20,000 nucleotides of DNA, taken from positions 463,713-483,712 of the forward strand of contig WELB01000007.1 of the NCBI GenBank assembly GCA_009602725.1, given 5' to 3'. The position numbers and the translations under genes are program-made. Positions 18,749 to 20,000 of this stretch are shown here, one piece after another (within the stretch, counting starts at the first letter, position 1; each line of letters opens with the position of its first letter). Origin of the DNA: Spirogloea muscicola. Its lineage: Eukaryota. The notes under the pieces were generated by a model. The model had not been told where the DNA came from, ran no database searches, and saw nothing but the letters and a program-made list of their open reading frames with translations.

Positions 18749-19875
18749 CGGATAGAGCAGTTTCTTTGGCTCTGCGGAGTCGAGCCCAATTCTCCCGCTG
18801 AGGAGTGCATGAAGACCCCTGCGGGATGCCAAAGCGGGGCGGCACCGGCACGCGCCCGCCCGCGGCCTGGGCGGCCACGCGGCGGGCGGCCGGCCCTGCA
18901 CGCGGAACCCGCGAGGGCGGGCCCCGGCCAGCGCCAGCACCTCCCCGTCGAGGGAAGGTGGTCAAACTGATGAGCTATTGGGACAAGGGGAGACGCAGGT
19001 GCCTTGGAGGCGCAGGAGGGTGCCGCCCTAGCAAATTAAGCGCCTGGCGCGCCGCGAAAGGGGGGCGCGCGCGTCGGCGGGCGGCATCGCAGCCGGGCCG
19101 GCGGGCCCGAAGCCCCCACCGTCTTTCCCAATGGGACGACGTAGATCCCCATTGGGTGAGCCTCACTTCCCCTCTCTTCTCTTTCCGCGCGCGTCACATG
19201 TGCGGCAGCAACACAAGCTAGCTAGCGACCGCGCAGCTGTAGTAACCCAGCTGCCCGGCCGTTCTTGGCTTTCCACGCGCGCCACGGCGGGGGCCCCACC
19301 CGGGGCTGCCGACCCCCAGTTACCCACTTACTGGCGTCCCGCTTGGCGGCCGTCGCCACTCACAGCCGCCACTTGGCATTGGCCATCACGATGATGCGCC
19401 GCTCCACAATCATTGCGCGATTGAGGAGCGCCTGCGCCCCGCCAAGTCTTTTGGCCTTCCAAGCGGGGCCCTGCGCCAGGTGGCGGCGAGCGGCGGAGCT
19501 TATCGGCAGGCGACGGCGCTTATCGCACTGGCGCTTGCGATAAGCGGGCTGGTGTGGGGCGCGATAGCCAGGTGCCCTTATCATGGCTCCCCCGGGCGGC
19601 CAGCCGGCGGCACTCCCGGGGGGGGAGCAGTGGCCGTGCACCCGGGAGGGGGGGGGCCTCGGCTCAGCGCCAGATCTGGCGGCGGCGCCGGATGTAGCGT
19701 AGGTCTCCCACCATGAAGGGCTTCGCAGTCCCGCCCGGGCGCGCCGTGGGTGGATCTGGCGGTGGGGCCGCCAAAGTGGCGGGTGGGGGGAGAGCGGAGG
19801 GCAGTACGGACGGGCCTCGGCCGCCACCGCCGCTTCTCCCCGCCTCCCGCCCGCCCCGCCTGCCGCCGCCCCCCT

Positions 19876-20000
<125 letters not shown>

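Overview
Eukaryotic, GC-rich, intron-rich genomic DNA, probably from a green alga or early streptophyte (inferred from plant-like proteins and 150-700 bp introns). It contains two N-gaps (3016-3943, 8333-8925) and ends in a poly-T run. Three spliced genes can be reconstructed exon by exon: (1) a mitochondrial adrenodoxin-type [2Fe-2S] ferredoxin on the minus strand (about 310-2967); (2) a 20S proteasome beta-6/PBF1 subunit on the plus strand (4753-6852), whose last intron is GC-AG; (3) a RAD16-like SNF2 helicase/RING protein on the plus strand (about 9217-15347). RAD16 carries a 13-bp inverted-duplication insertion at one exon start (13629-13661) that frameshifts the helicase C-terminal domain unless splicing shifts. 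The intergenic DNA (3944-4270, 7200-8332, 16350-18750) is a mosaic of roughly 15 diverged, 5'-truncated 3' ends of one family of non-LTR retrotransposons with a restriction-like endonuclease (CRE-like). They share a C-terminus (..LQRS.A.ALHLRAGRALAAASG..SDL.LL.RGY*) and a conserved 3'-UTR hairpin (GGGCTGG-loop-CCAGCCC), and they pile up in both orientations. I found no prokaryote-type system such as CRISPR or defence operons.
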